In this document: positions 54,399-62,593 of the stretch, piece after piece
Numbering within the stretch: the stretch's first letter is position 1
Layout of the letters: each line of letters opens with the position of its first letter
From: Dehalococcoidia bacterium
GTDB lineage: Bacteria; Chloroflexota; Dehalococcoidia; Lucifugimonadales; UBA3495
Assembly: GCA_965261195.1 (NCBI GenBank)
Contig: CBDHDC010000001.1
Coordinates: 15,260 to 79,259, forward strand
Direction of reading: 5' to 3'
Length of the DNA: 64,000 bases
The notes under the pieces: generated by a model
The model's database searches: none
What the model was told of the DNA's origin: nothing
The model's input: the letters and a program-made list of their open reading frames with translations, nothing else
Position numbers and translations under genes: made by a program

Positions 54399-55367
54399 TC
54401 AGAGCAATCTCTTGTGACGCCGCACGTTCTGAGCCTTCCATTCCAGAAGCGGCTGGCCTTGGATGCGTTCCTGCAGCGTCTTATCGGAAGTCAGAATCGT
54501 CGCATCGATCTTCCCTTCATCCAGCAGCAGGTCCAGGAATGCTCGTTCGGCGTCATTGAAAGGCAACAGCGCGGACAGCGCCTCGCGGCATTCGTCCACA
54601 AGCATCCCGCCATAGCTGGCTGCTTCGATTCCCTGGATGCCGCCGGTGCGGAGCGCAGGCAAGAGTTGGCTGGACAGTTCCCTCGGGTCGAAAGCCACGT
54701 CTTCGACCGAGACCATGCGCCAGTCCTTCCGGTTCATCGCGCCGTAGACGACGAAAGCGGTTCGGAGCCTCTCAAAATCGAGGCCTTCTATGGAGAAGAT
54801 CAGGCGGCTATCGAAGAGGTCCCTGGCCTTTTGGCGTGCCAGAAGGGCAGTCAACTTTCCCGCCGCGAGCTCGTGAATGTCCACCACAGGGATGCCCGTA
54901 GCCCGCCAGCTTCCCAGGGAGTGGGAGTCCATCGTGGTAACCGGCCACAGTGGTACCCGGTACATGTAGTTGAGGTCTACGTCGATCCCGCCGCTCTGTC
55001 CTGAAGCGGTTGCATAGCGCAGTGACCACTTGCCTCCCGCGTGCTCTTCGGGCATCCGTCTGACCTCGAAGTCCTCACGGCTGAAGACGGCCTGCAGCGC
55101 GCCCTCGATCCTGGGGCGCTCCTGCAGCATGGCCTCTCGGTTCTGAGCGCCCACGTAGTTCAGGTCGATGTCCACCGACAGCCTCGGCACATTGAACACG
55201 AAGAGGTTCAATGCGGTCCCGCCCTTGAGGGCGAGCTTTCCGCCCAACAACGGGTGACTGCGAATGGCCTTTAGCAATCCCAGCAGATGGGCGGCCTTCT
55301 CCAGCACGTCCGCCCGGAATCCCGTCGCCCCGGCCTCTGCGGCCAGACTCTCGGAGGATATTTTCAT
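54399..55367 (-). CDS. abiEii: AbiEii/AbiGii-family nucleotidyltransferase toxin
   Basis: LALKGGTALNLFVFNVPRLSVDIDLNYVG. Start ATG 55367 after GGAGGTG. ATGA overlap with the upstream gene. Confidence 0.85.
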   Translation of the reverse strand: MKISSESLAAEAGATGFRADVLEKAAHLLGLLKAIRSHPLLGGKLALKGGTALNLFVFNVPRLSVDIDLNYVGAQNREAMLQERPRIEGALQAVFSREDFEVRRMPEEHAGGKWSLRYATASGQSGGIDVDLNYMYRVPLWPVTTMDSHSLGSWRATGIPVVDIHELAAGKLTALLARQKARDLFDSRLIFSIEGLDFERLRTAFVVYGAMNRKDWRMVSVEDVAFDPRELSSQLLPALRTGGIQGIEAASYGGMLVDECREALSALLPFNDAERAFLDLLLDEGKIDATILTSDKTLQERIQGQPLLEWKAQNVRRHKRLL

Positions 55368-56179
55368 GTCACCTCCGCCCAGGATCGCTCGGCGACTTCC
55401 GTCGGAACCACCAGGTTCCATTCGGCCACCAGGTTCCCCGAGCCGCGTCTGCTGCGGTCCAGGTAGTGGGGCTGCCGTGGGCGCCGGTCACGGAGCGCCT
55501 TGAGATGGCGCTCCTCGACCATCAGGATCTCGCGGTGCTGGTCAAAGAAGAAGCCCACCTTCGATGCCGTTGTCGCGTTGTCCAGCAGGAGCGCGTACTC
55601 CACGGCCTTTTCCAGGTCGAAGTACTCCACCGACTCCAGCGAGCGCCAGACCTCCTCCCAGCCCCCCGAGTGGTCTGGGCGGTCCAGAACATCCACCAGG
55701 GTACGCTCGAGGCTGGCAACCCTGAGCGGCATGCCGGCGCGTTCCCTGGTCAACACGCCGAAATGCTCCTTGCCGGAGCGGAGAAGCGCCTCCGGGAATC
55801 TCGTTCCACGGAAGACATGGGATCGGAACGTCAGCGGCTCCACTGGGCGCGATGCCAGATAGGTGAGATGTTGCCAGACCGAGTAAGCCCTGCCGTGGAA
55901 CTCAAGGGCCGTGTGGTGAGACAGGACGGAATCGCGAGTCAGCCTGGCGGCGACCAGGCAGGGGTCGACCGGATAGGTATCGCAGTCGGTTCCCGGCGGA
56001 ATGACGGCGAACAGCCCGCGCCGCACCCGGACGAGGCGTCCGGTCCTGGTGTGGTAGGCCAGCAGAGATTCCTGCGTTCTTGCTCCGGGTGGGCCGTTGG
56101 ATGAGAGATGCTCAGCCAATTCTTCCCCGGTGAACACCGGATGGCGGCGGAAGAAGGCATCGTGTTTGATGGCTGGCAT
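55364..56179 (-). CDS. abiEi: AbiEi-family antitoxin / transcriptional regulator
   Basis: FRRHPVFTGEELAEHL...TGRLVRVRRGLFAVIPPG plus the COG5340-like C-terminal domain. Its stop overlaps the toxin start (55364-55367). Confidence 0.8.
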   Translation of the reverse strand: MPAIKHDAFFRRHPVFTGEELAEHLSSNGPPGARTQESLLAYHTRTGRLVRVRRGLFAVIPPGTDCDTYPVDPCLVAARLTRDSVLSHHTALEFHGRAYSVWQHLTYLASRPVEPLTFRSHVFRGTRFPEALLRSGKEHFGVLTRERAGMPLRVASLERTLVDVLDRPDHSGGWEEVWRSLESVEYFDLEKAVEYALLLDNATTASKVGFFFDQHREILMVEERHLKALRDRRPRQPHYLDRSRRGSGNLVAEWNLVVPTEVAERSWAEVT

Positions 56180-56394
56180 TATTGTGCTTCTATCGAGACA
56201 CCCATGATTATGCTATGGGTATTGGGGGCTCGTGTCATTCGGTGCAGCCGCTGGCTTGACATACTGGCGTGGAACCCATATCCAACCTACGGGTTGTGCG
56301 TATAAATGTCAAGTGGAATGGGCGCAGGCGCTATCGGTGCAGGGTGGATGTCAAGGGCGGCGAGAAGGTGGACCTCGGTGATGGAACCGGACCG

Positions 56395-56490
56395 GTGTGA
56401 ATACGTCCAGCGGCGGGAGAACGTCATCTCCGCCGGTAATAGCGGCATAGGCAAGACTCATGTCGCCCTGGGGTTGGGCCTGCCCGCCTG
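56395..56490 (+). pseudogene. scrap of an IS21 istB helper ATPase
   Basis: ENVISAGNSGIGKTHVALGLGLPACQGG (IstB Walker A region) within listed 56306..56608. No flanking IstB sequence. Confidence 0.45.
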
Positions 56491-56610
56491 CCAGGGCGGG
56501 CTGGAGTGGACGAGAAACCAGGCATGGAACTTCCGTGCCAACTGCGCAAAAGAGGAAAACGATCTCAGACACATATACTTTACCCACATCGGACTGGAGG
56601 ACTATTGATC

Positions 56611-56922
56611 ATGGTATCAGAGCAACCACAACCCTCCGACCTTGACAGGTTCCACTTCGCGATTCACGACGGGAAAGCAGACGATTGTCCTGAGTGTAGA
56701 CACTCGACCGTCCAGGGAGCACACCACGCACCCCTCAAGCAACTCGACGACCTCGCGATCTTGGCCGAACTGCTGGCAGCCTTTGAACCGGGCTCTGAGG
56801 ACTACGAGGGGTTTCTGCCGGAGTTGGTTGCCGCAGCGGTGGCCTACGGGAAAGCGATTGGCGAGTGGAGACAAGTATGGGAGTACGGAGACCATGACTG
56901 CAAAGGGAAAGATTGCCTCTAA
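56611..56922 (+). CDS. hypothetical Cys-rich protein; same frame stays coding-like after TAA to 57132
   Basis: ATG 56611 after GGAGGA. MVSEQPQPSDLDRFHFAIHDGKADDCPECRHS... After TAA 56920-56922 the frame reads CEWKLEPPAWDPVELDCTLHPNCTVHTIQPCW... up to TGA at about 57130. Confidence 0.4.
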   Translation: MVSEQPQPSDLDRFHFAIHDGKADDCPECRHSTVQGAHHAPLKQLDDLAILAELLAAFEPGSEDYEGFLPELVAAAVAYGKAIGEWRQVWEYGDHDCKGKDCL

Positions 56923-57393
56923 TGTGAATGGAAGCTGGAGCCTCCGGCATGGGATCCTGTGGAACTGGACTGCACCCTCCACCCCAACTGCACGGTCCAC
57001 ACCATCCAGCCCTGTTGGGTGAGCCAAACCTGGGCCAATGTCCTCCACTACCTTGCCATGAACGGAGACCAGCCACTACCCGCCCACCTGACAGCACGAC
57101 ACGAACGTAAGCCCTTCAACGGGAATCCCTGAAGAAGGTCCCGGCGCTATCGTACGATTCTCCTTTTAAGCTCAACCTGAAGATCATTCGTCCGTCCTGC
57201 CAGTAGGGGAGAACGGCCCGGGACGATCCTGGAAGTTTGGGTCTGCTGCGGGTGCGGCCGGCGAATCTTCCCGAAAGCCTTCGTAGTCGCCACCGGAGGC
57301 TGTGGGGCGTGAACAGGCTCCTAAAGGCAGGTGCCGCCGCTGGTGAGGAGAAAGTTATGCTGAGTATGGACCCGATCAGCTTAACCCCCCGGC

Positions 57394-60300
57394 TCAGCTC
57401 AATCTCAACTCCTCGGACACCTCGGACAAGAGGGAGTTGATGGCGTCTACCACCTCAGGGCCGGGAGGGTTGTCTCCGCTCAACTCGACCCGAACGGTGA
57501 ACTGTACGGTATTGCCGATCGCGGCAGTGGTGATCCCTGGGATCTGGTCGGCCAGGTCCTGAATCCCGTGCGCTTCCAGGGTTGCCTCGGCGGTTAGAGT
57601 CCCCAACCGCTTCTGAGCGTGAGGCTGTTGACCATTGTCACGATTGATCGGCCCCGGTATCTGAATGACCACATGCTGTGCACCCGCGAAGTCGCAGGGC
57701 CACGCGCTGCTGTCAGGGGTTGGCTCAATCCATCGCGCCCGAATGCCGGAGTCGATGGCCGAACGGACCGTAGACCATGGCAACGTTTTGCCCCTTTTAA
57801 TTGATAGAGCCGTGCTTATGGCAAGGACGTTGGCCTTACCATCCTTCCAAGCTTCCGGGATCGATTCCGCGATCAACTCTTGCACGGCAACAGGGCCGGG
57901 TGGAACACATAGGGTCGCCGATGGGCCAAGGACTCCGTCGGGGACAGGCTCCTCGAAGATCGAAGCAGGGCCGTTAATCAGCCAGACCAACCCGTTCTGC
58001 ACGGCCTCTGCAACTGCCGCCTCGACCGCCGCGGCCTCGCATTTGGGGATGAAAAGGGTGTCCTCATATCCATCCCTTGGCACCGTCACCGAGTGGCCTC
58101 CGGCAAAGTAGCCGGTCACATCCTGAAGCGCGACCTCATCCGATGTCCAAATCCCTGGAAGTTGCTGGTAACGCAGCAGAGCAGGCTCAATCCCGCTGAG
58201 AGTCGCGGACTCGGGGAGAAACACTTCGAGAGCCGGATCGTTCAGGGCATTTTCATCAATCCCAGCGCGCCAAAACGTCTTGACCGTTCGGTCCGGCCGC
58301 ATCAACTGGGCCACCCAGATACCGTCCCGGACCCCTTGAACCACGGTATCCATTATCCCTTCGGGGTTCAGCATCTTGGGCAGCTTGGGAAACTGGGCGA
58401 AGGCGCCGACCAGGTCCTTGACCCGGCGAGAGCCTTCCCCTTGCCGCCACAGGTCGTAGGGTCCGCCGGGCAGCATCGCCTCCGAGCTAATCGCCGTTTC
58501 CTGTATCCTGGACCGCCGGTCGGCCTTGATGGTGATGAACAGGGGATCACCGCTGACCGCCACCCTGAAGGCCTGAATGTCGTTGCTTTCGTTTACGGTG
58601 ACCACAATGGAGTAGGCTTGCCGGATGGCCTCCGGAATGCGTCTCCTGGCCGCTTCGGTTTCACTGGCCAGCATCTGCTCGCGGATGGGGTCAACCGGCT
58701 GGCTTTTGAGAAGCTCACGAACCTCTTCCCAACCCAAGTACTCTCGGACCCGATTTCTAACTAAATCGAGTCCATCCCGGGATGGAACCGACAGTACGAT
58801 GGCGTTGCGGTTTACCCGGGGACGGTCCGCGGCGGTGGTGTCATTGATGTAGCGCCTCGCTTCGGGACTTGGCTTGCCGGATTCAGACGCCGCTTTTGGC
58901 CCCAGGACGGCGTAGTGGAACTCACCGTCGTCGGAGATGTCCCGGGGCCGGTCCGGGAGGTTGTGCACCCTTGCTCCCACAGCCGCCGCTCCGGCAGTCA
59001 GAAATCGCTGCTTCCCGATATGGTCGGTTACCTGTGCTTCGACGCGGTTGGCCGGTACGCGGTTCAAGCAGGCGTCGTCGTGCATCTGACGCAGGTTGGG
59101 GCGATTGCCCAACCGCCAAGCCTTGGGCAACTGCCTCGCCCCATCCGGGCCAACTTCTGCGGTGCCCACTTCCACTTCGTCCAGAAACCAGGACAACTCG
59201 GTCCAGCGGAGCAACGCCTTCTCCAGCTCAATCTTGTCCGGGTTCGTTGCTCCAATTAGCACGGTCAACTCGTGGGTGAGGACTTTCTGGCCGATGGGTT
59301 GCGAACTCAGGAACACGGAGACTACGGCCTGCTCCATTTCCCGTTGTCGAAGCCCGGTGGATTCAGCCTGGATGGCGCGGGCCTTGGCCAACTCGCCCTC
59401 CAGGATGGGCCGCCATTCCTGGTGACTTCCGGTGCCGGTGTCGATGCTGGCCAGGGATGCCAGTTCACCGGCGGACTCCGCCAGGTCTACCGCACCCGGC
59501 TGGTTCAAGAACACGTTCGGCCCGATTAGCGGGCTGGAGTCCCATTTTTCGGCGTCTCGAAGAGCGATGGCGAAGGTGCGCAGAATGCCACGGGTCCGCT
59601 GAAATCCGTCAAGTTGGGTCCACCGGGTGTAAAAAACCTCGGTAAGATCAGGGTGAAAGGGATAACTGCCCAGGTAGCGATCTTCAGCCGATGGGCGCTC
59701 CTTCTGAGTCTGTTCATCCAGTGCGGCAATGTTGCCGACGACCGAAGTCACATGCGGCCGGAAGGCGCCGGGATCGCGAATCGATTCCGGCTTGAAGAAG
59801 CGGCGCCGCAGGACTTCCGATACGTCCTCCTTGCTGACCGGGTTGACGGTTGGCTCTATCTGTCTGCCGAACACATCGGACACATCGCTGAGAAGCTCCC
59901 GGCCCAAGTCGTCGTTCTTCCGGGGGTCGGAGGCTAGAAGCGAGGCCACCATGGCGCACCGGTCCACCTTGACCACCGCCTGGGTGAGGTACTGGAAGAA
60001 GTTCACCAAGTGTATGCGGGAGGATGGGTCGATCTCGGCCTTGCCGCGGAGATACATGAGCACTTCGTCCAGAAGCACCAGGGTCGAAAGCCCTTCCTCC
60101 TGGGGCTTGGACAGCAGTTCCACCATCTGCGGTTCCGCCGGCGGCGTTTCCCGTTCCTCGTCCCTGCCCTCGGCGTGGATTAGTCTCAGGCCATCCGCTC
60201 CGGCTATCTGGAAGGCCAGCACGCTCCATGGATGCTTGAGCATCCTGAGCGCGCCATCCGGTCCGGGGGTATCTATACCCTTCTCCATGTCGATCTTGTC

Positions 60301-60711
60301 GAAGCACAGCGCCGCCACCCGGGCCCTGGGGGGCTGAAACCCGATGTGGGCCTTGAACTCCTGGATGGCGGGCAAGTCGGGCAGGCCGTCCGGGTCATGC
60401 GCCAGGTGCCGGAGGGTGATCAGCGTGTGGGTCTTGCCGCCGCCGTAGTTAACCAAGAGCTTCCGGTAGGCCTTGTCGCTCCGCCCCGCCAGGCGCAGGC
60501 AGACGTCCTTGACCAGATCTCGCAGGTTGTACGTGGGATAGGTGAGGGCGAAGAACTCGGCGGGGTTTTCGTAGACCGGCCGCTGGCCCTTCTGTATCAC
60601 TACGTCATACAGGTCGGCGGCGAATATGGACAGCGAGAGCTCGCCGGTCTTCAGGTCGTCCCGCAGTTCTACTGCCTCATGCCAGGGCTTCAATGCCGCT
60701 TTCTGTGCCAT
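57394..60711 (-). CDS. DUF499-type (BrxC/PglY-like) P-loop ATPase, 1105 aa
   Basis: KPWHEAVELRDDLKTGELSLSIFAADLYDVVIQKGQRPVYENPAEFFALTYPTYNLRDLV...LLVNYGGGKTHTLITLRHL. GAGG lies in the 11-nt spacer after the upstream stop. Confidence 0.8.
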   Translation of the reverse strand: MAQKAALKPWHEAVELRDDLKTGELSLSIFAADLYDVVIQKGQRPVYENPAEFFALTYPTYNLRDLVKDVCLRLAGRSDKAYRKLLVNYGGGKTHTLITLRHLAHDPDGLPDLPAIQEFKAHIGFQPPRARVAALCFDKIDMEKGIDTPGPDGALRMLKHPWSVLAFQIAGADGLRLIHAEGRDEERETPPAEPQMVELLSKPQEEGLSTLVLLDEVLMYLRGKAEIDPSSRIHLVNFFQYLTQAVVKVDRCAMVASLLASDPRKNDDLGRELLSDVSDVFGRQIEPTVNPVSKEDVSEVLRRRFFKPESIRDPGAFRPHVTSVVGNIAALDEQTQKERPSAEDRYLGSYPFHPDLTEVFYTRWTQLDGFQRTRGILRTFAIALRDAEKWDSSPLIGPNVFLNQPGAVDLAESAGELASLASIDTGTGSHQEWRPILEGELAKARAIQAESTGLRQREMEQAVVSVFLSSQPIGQKVLTHELTVLIGATNPDKIELEKALLRWTELSWFLDEVEVGTAEVGPDGARQLPKAWRLGNRPNLRQMHDDACLNRVPANRVEAQVTDHIGKQRFLTAGAAAVGARVHNLPDRPRDISDDGEFHYAVLGPKAASESGKPSPEARRYINDTTAADRPRVNRNAIVLSVPSRDGLDLVRNRVREYLGWEEVRELLKSQPVDPIREQMLASETEAARRRIPEAIRQAYSIVVTVNESNDIQAFRVAVSGDPLFITIKADRRSRIQETAISSEAMLPGGPYDLWRQGEGSRRVKDLVGAFAQFPKLPKMLNPEGIMDTVVQGVRDGIWVAQLMRPDRTVKTFWRAGIDENALNDPALEVFLPESATLSGIEPALLRYQQLPGIWTSDEVALQDVTGYFAGGHSVTVPRDGYEDTLFIPKCEAAAVEAAVAEAVQNGLVWLINGPASIFEEPVPDGVLGPSATLCVPPGPVAVQELIAESIPEAWKDGKANVLAISTALSIKRGKTLPWSTVRSAIDSGIRARWIEPTPDSSAWPCDFAGAQHVVIQIPGPINRDNGQQPHAQKRLGTLTAEATLEAHGIQDLADQIPGITTAAIGNTVQFTVRVELSGDNPPGPEVVDAINSLLSEVSEELRLS

Positions 60712-60722
60712 GATGACCTCGC

Positions 60723-61289
60723 TTATGTTGCCCGAACGGCAGTCGCCAGCCGCCGGGCTAGGGAATCAAAGTCCTCGGGACATTTTTGACGGATGGCGCG
60801 AATCCTCCGGGATGCCTCTGCTCCCAGGGCCTGCCGCCCGCCTCCAGTGGCGCCGGCCAGGCCGCGTCGGACGGCCAACGGCTCAAAATATCGTTCCTTA
60901 ACATCGACCTCTGCACGAACGTCCGCCCACCGCCAGTCGCCGGGTAGGTCCAATCCAGCCAGCACCCAAGTCTCTATCTCTTCCCAGGCATTCTCGGCGA
61001 AGAATGCCGCTCCGAACAGCGATTCAAGCTCATCGAGTCTTTGGCGCCGCCCAGCGCTGCCATCCCGGTCAACGCACAGAATGAAGATGTCGGTCATTCC
61101 CCTTTGGCCGTTGACAATTTCTGCAAGTTGGGCGGTCTTGAGAGCTTCCCCAACGCCGCCGAGCAATGGGTCCCGACAGACCTCAACCCGCGGGTTAGGG
61201 GCTCCGAGGTGCTTGAATAGCCGGGAAACCAGTGGTTTGAGGATGTATTGGTCGTTGCGGAAGTCCTCGGGGATGACCAATATGTTCAT
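60723..61289 (-). CDS. TOPRIM-like small protein (DUF4276/RloB-like), 188 aa
   Basis: MNILVIPEDFRNDQYILKPL (acidic residue at the end of beta-1) and IFILCVDRDG (DxD). The ATG at 61289 overlaps the upstream TGA (61286-61289 = ATGA). The family call is an inference. Confidence 0.55.
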   Translation of the reverse strand: MNILVIPEDFRNDQYILKPLVSRLFKHLGAPNPRVEVCRDPLLGGVGEALKTAQLAEIVNGQRGMTDIFILCVDRDGSAGRRQRLDELESLFGAAFFAENAWEEIETWVLAGLDLPGDWRWADVRAEVDVKERYFEPLAVRRGLAGATGGGRQALGAEASRRIRAIRQKCPEDFDSLARRLATAVRAT

Positions 61290-62593
61290 TGGAGCACTCC
61301 CTGTTCCCAATCATCCTGGTCATCGTCCAAGTGGTCCGTGTCGGAGTCTCCCTCCGAAAACTTCATTGCAGTCTCAAACCATCCACTGGTGAGAAGCCGT
61401 TCCAAGCCTTGGGACTCTCGCAACTCCCGAAGATTGTACAAACCCGCTATGGGTCGGATGACGCTGTCGGTCCAGTATTCGTCACGGTAAACGACGGAGG
61501 TATGCTCAAAGGTTGTGTCATTCATCCATGCCAACAGTGCGGGCGAGTGGGTGGTAGTAACAACCTGGATTTTGCCCTTTGCGGTTTGCTGCTCAATAAG
61601 GTCAAGGAGAAGCCAAAGCCGGTTCGGGTGGATGCCGTTGTCTATCTCCTCAAAGAAGTAGAGACCCCCTTCGTTAGGATCCAGCAGCGCGGCAAGTATG
61701 CCCAAGAATCGCAGGGTGCCGTCGGAGGCGCTGTAGGCGGACACCTTGCGCCCGTTGCGCTCCACGATGTGGAGATGGACCCGCCCGCTGGGGTCGCGGG
61801 GAAAATCGAAGTCCTTGACATCCATAGGGGTAAGTTCTTGCAACCACGACATTAGGTTCCTTTCCTGCGCGGAGTCGGCGCAGATCGACTCCAAGACCGT
61901 CGGCAGGTTTTGACCATAGTCGCCCAGCGTCGTTGCGCCGGGGATAGAGGGCTCGCGCATTCGCTCGGGTGACAGTTCCAAGAAGTGCATTTTCTGAAGA
62001 ATCTGCAGAAAGCCAGGGTCGGGCACCAGTGATAAATACTCCTCATAATTGGCCTTGTAATGCCCAAAAAATTGACTCACGGCCGGTTGTGATCTGCTGA
62101 TTTCAATCGAAAGTCTGGTCATTAACAGCCGAACCAATAGACGATCTTCGTCTGATTCACCGTTCGGTATATGGGTGTTGTAGATTTCCCCCGATTCGGT
62201 CGTTAGCCTTTCTCCTAACAACCTATATCCGTCTGGACCGAACGCATCGAACCACACGGCTATCGAGTAGAAGTTTTTCTCTCCTACAGTTTCGTCCGTT
62301 TCCACATCCAAAGAAAAAGTGGAGTGCGGGATGCTGAACTCTGGGTCTATCCGACCAATTTCATTCGGCGCCCCGCGAATCCCTGACCACTCCAGTTGCC
62401 CGCCCGGCCCGTACTTCCCACCTATAATCTCCGCGAGGGTGTACCCCCGACCGATGCCGTGGAGGAAGCGGAAGGCGTCGCGGATGTTGCTCTTGCCGCT
62501 GGCGTTGGCGCCCACGATTATGGTGAACGGTCCGACCTTCAGCGTTTCGTCGGCGAAATTCTTGAAGTTGACCATGCGAACCGACTTAATCAT
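61286..62593 (-). CDS. ABC/SMC-type ATPase (AAA_15/AAA_21-like), 435 aa
   Basis: MIKSVRMVNFKNFADETLKVGPFTIIVGANASGKSNIRDAF (Walker A), SDGTLRFLGILAAL (signature-like), LYFFEEIDNGIHP (Walker B), VVTTTHSP. The true start at 62593 overlaps the methylase stop (ATGA). The listed 62809 start is an upstream extension. Confidence 0.8.
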   Translation of the reverse strand: MIKSVRMVNFKNFADETLKVGPFTIIVGANASGKSNIRDAFRFLHGIGRGYTLAEIIGGKYGPGGQLEWSGIRGAPNEIGRIDPEFSIPHSTFSLDVETDETVGEKNFYSIAVWFDAFGPDGYRLLGERLTTESGEIYNTHIPNGESDEDRLLVRLLMTRLSIEISRSQPAVSQFFGHYKANYEEYLSLVPDPGFLQILQKMHFLELSPERMREPSIPGATTLGDYGQNLPTVLESICADSAQERNLMSWLQELTPMDVKDFDFPRDPSGRVHLHIVERNGRKVSAYSASDGTLRFLGILAALLDPNEGGLYFFEEIDNGIHPNRLWLLLDLIEQQTAKGKIQVVTTTHSPALLAWMNDTTFEHTSVVYRDEYWTDSVIRPIAGLYNLRELRESQGLERLLTSGWFETAMKFSEGDSDTDHLDDDQDDWEQGVLQ

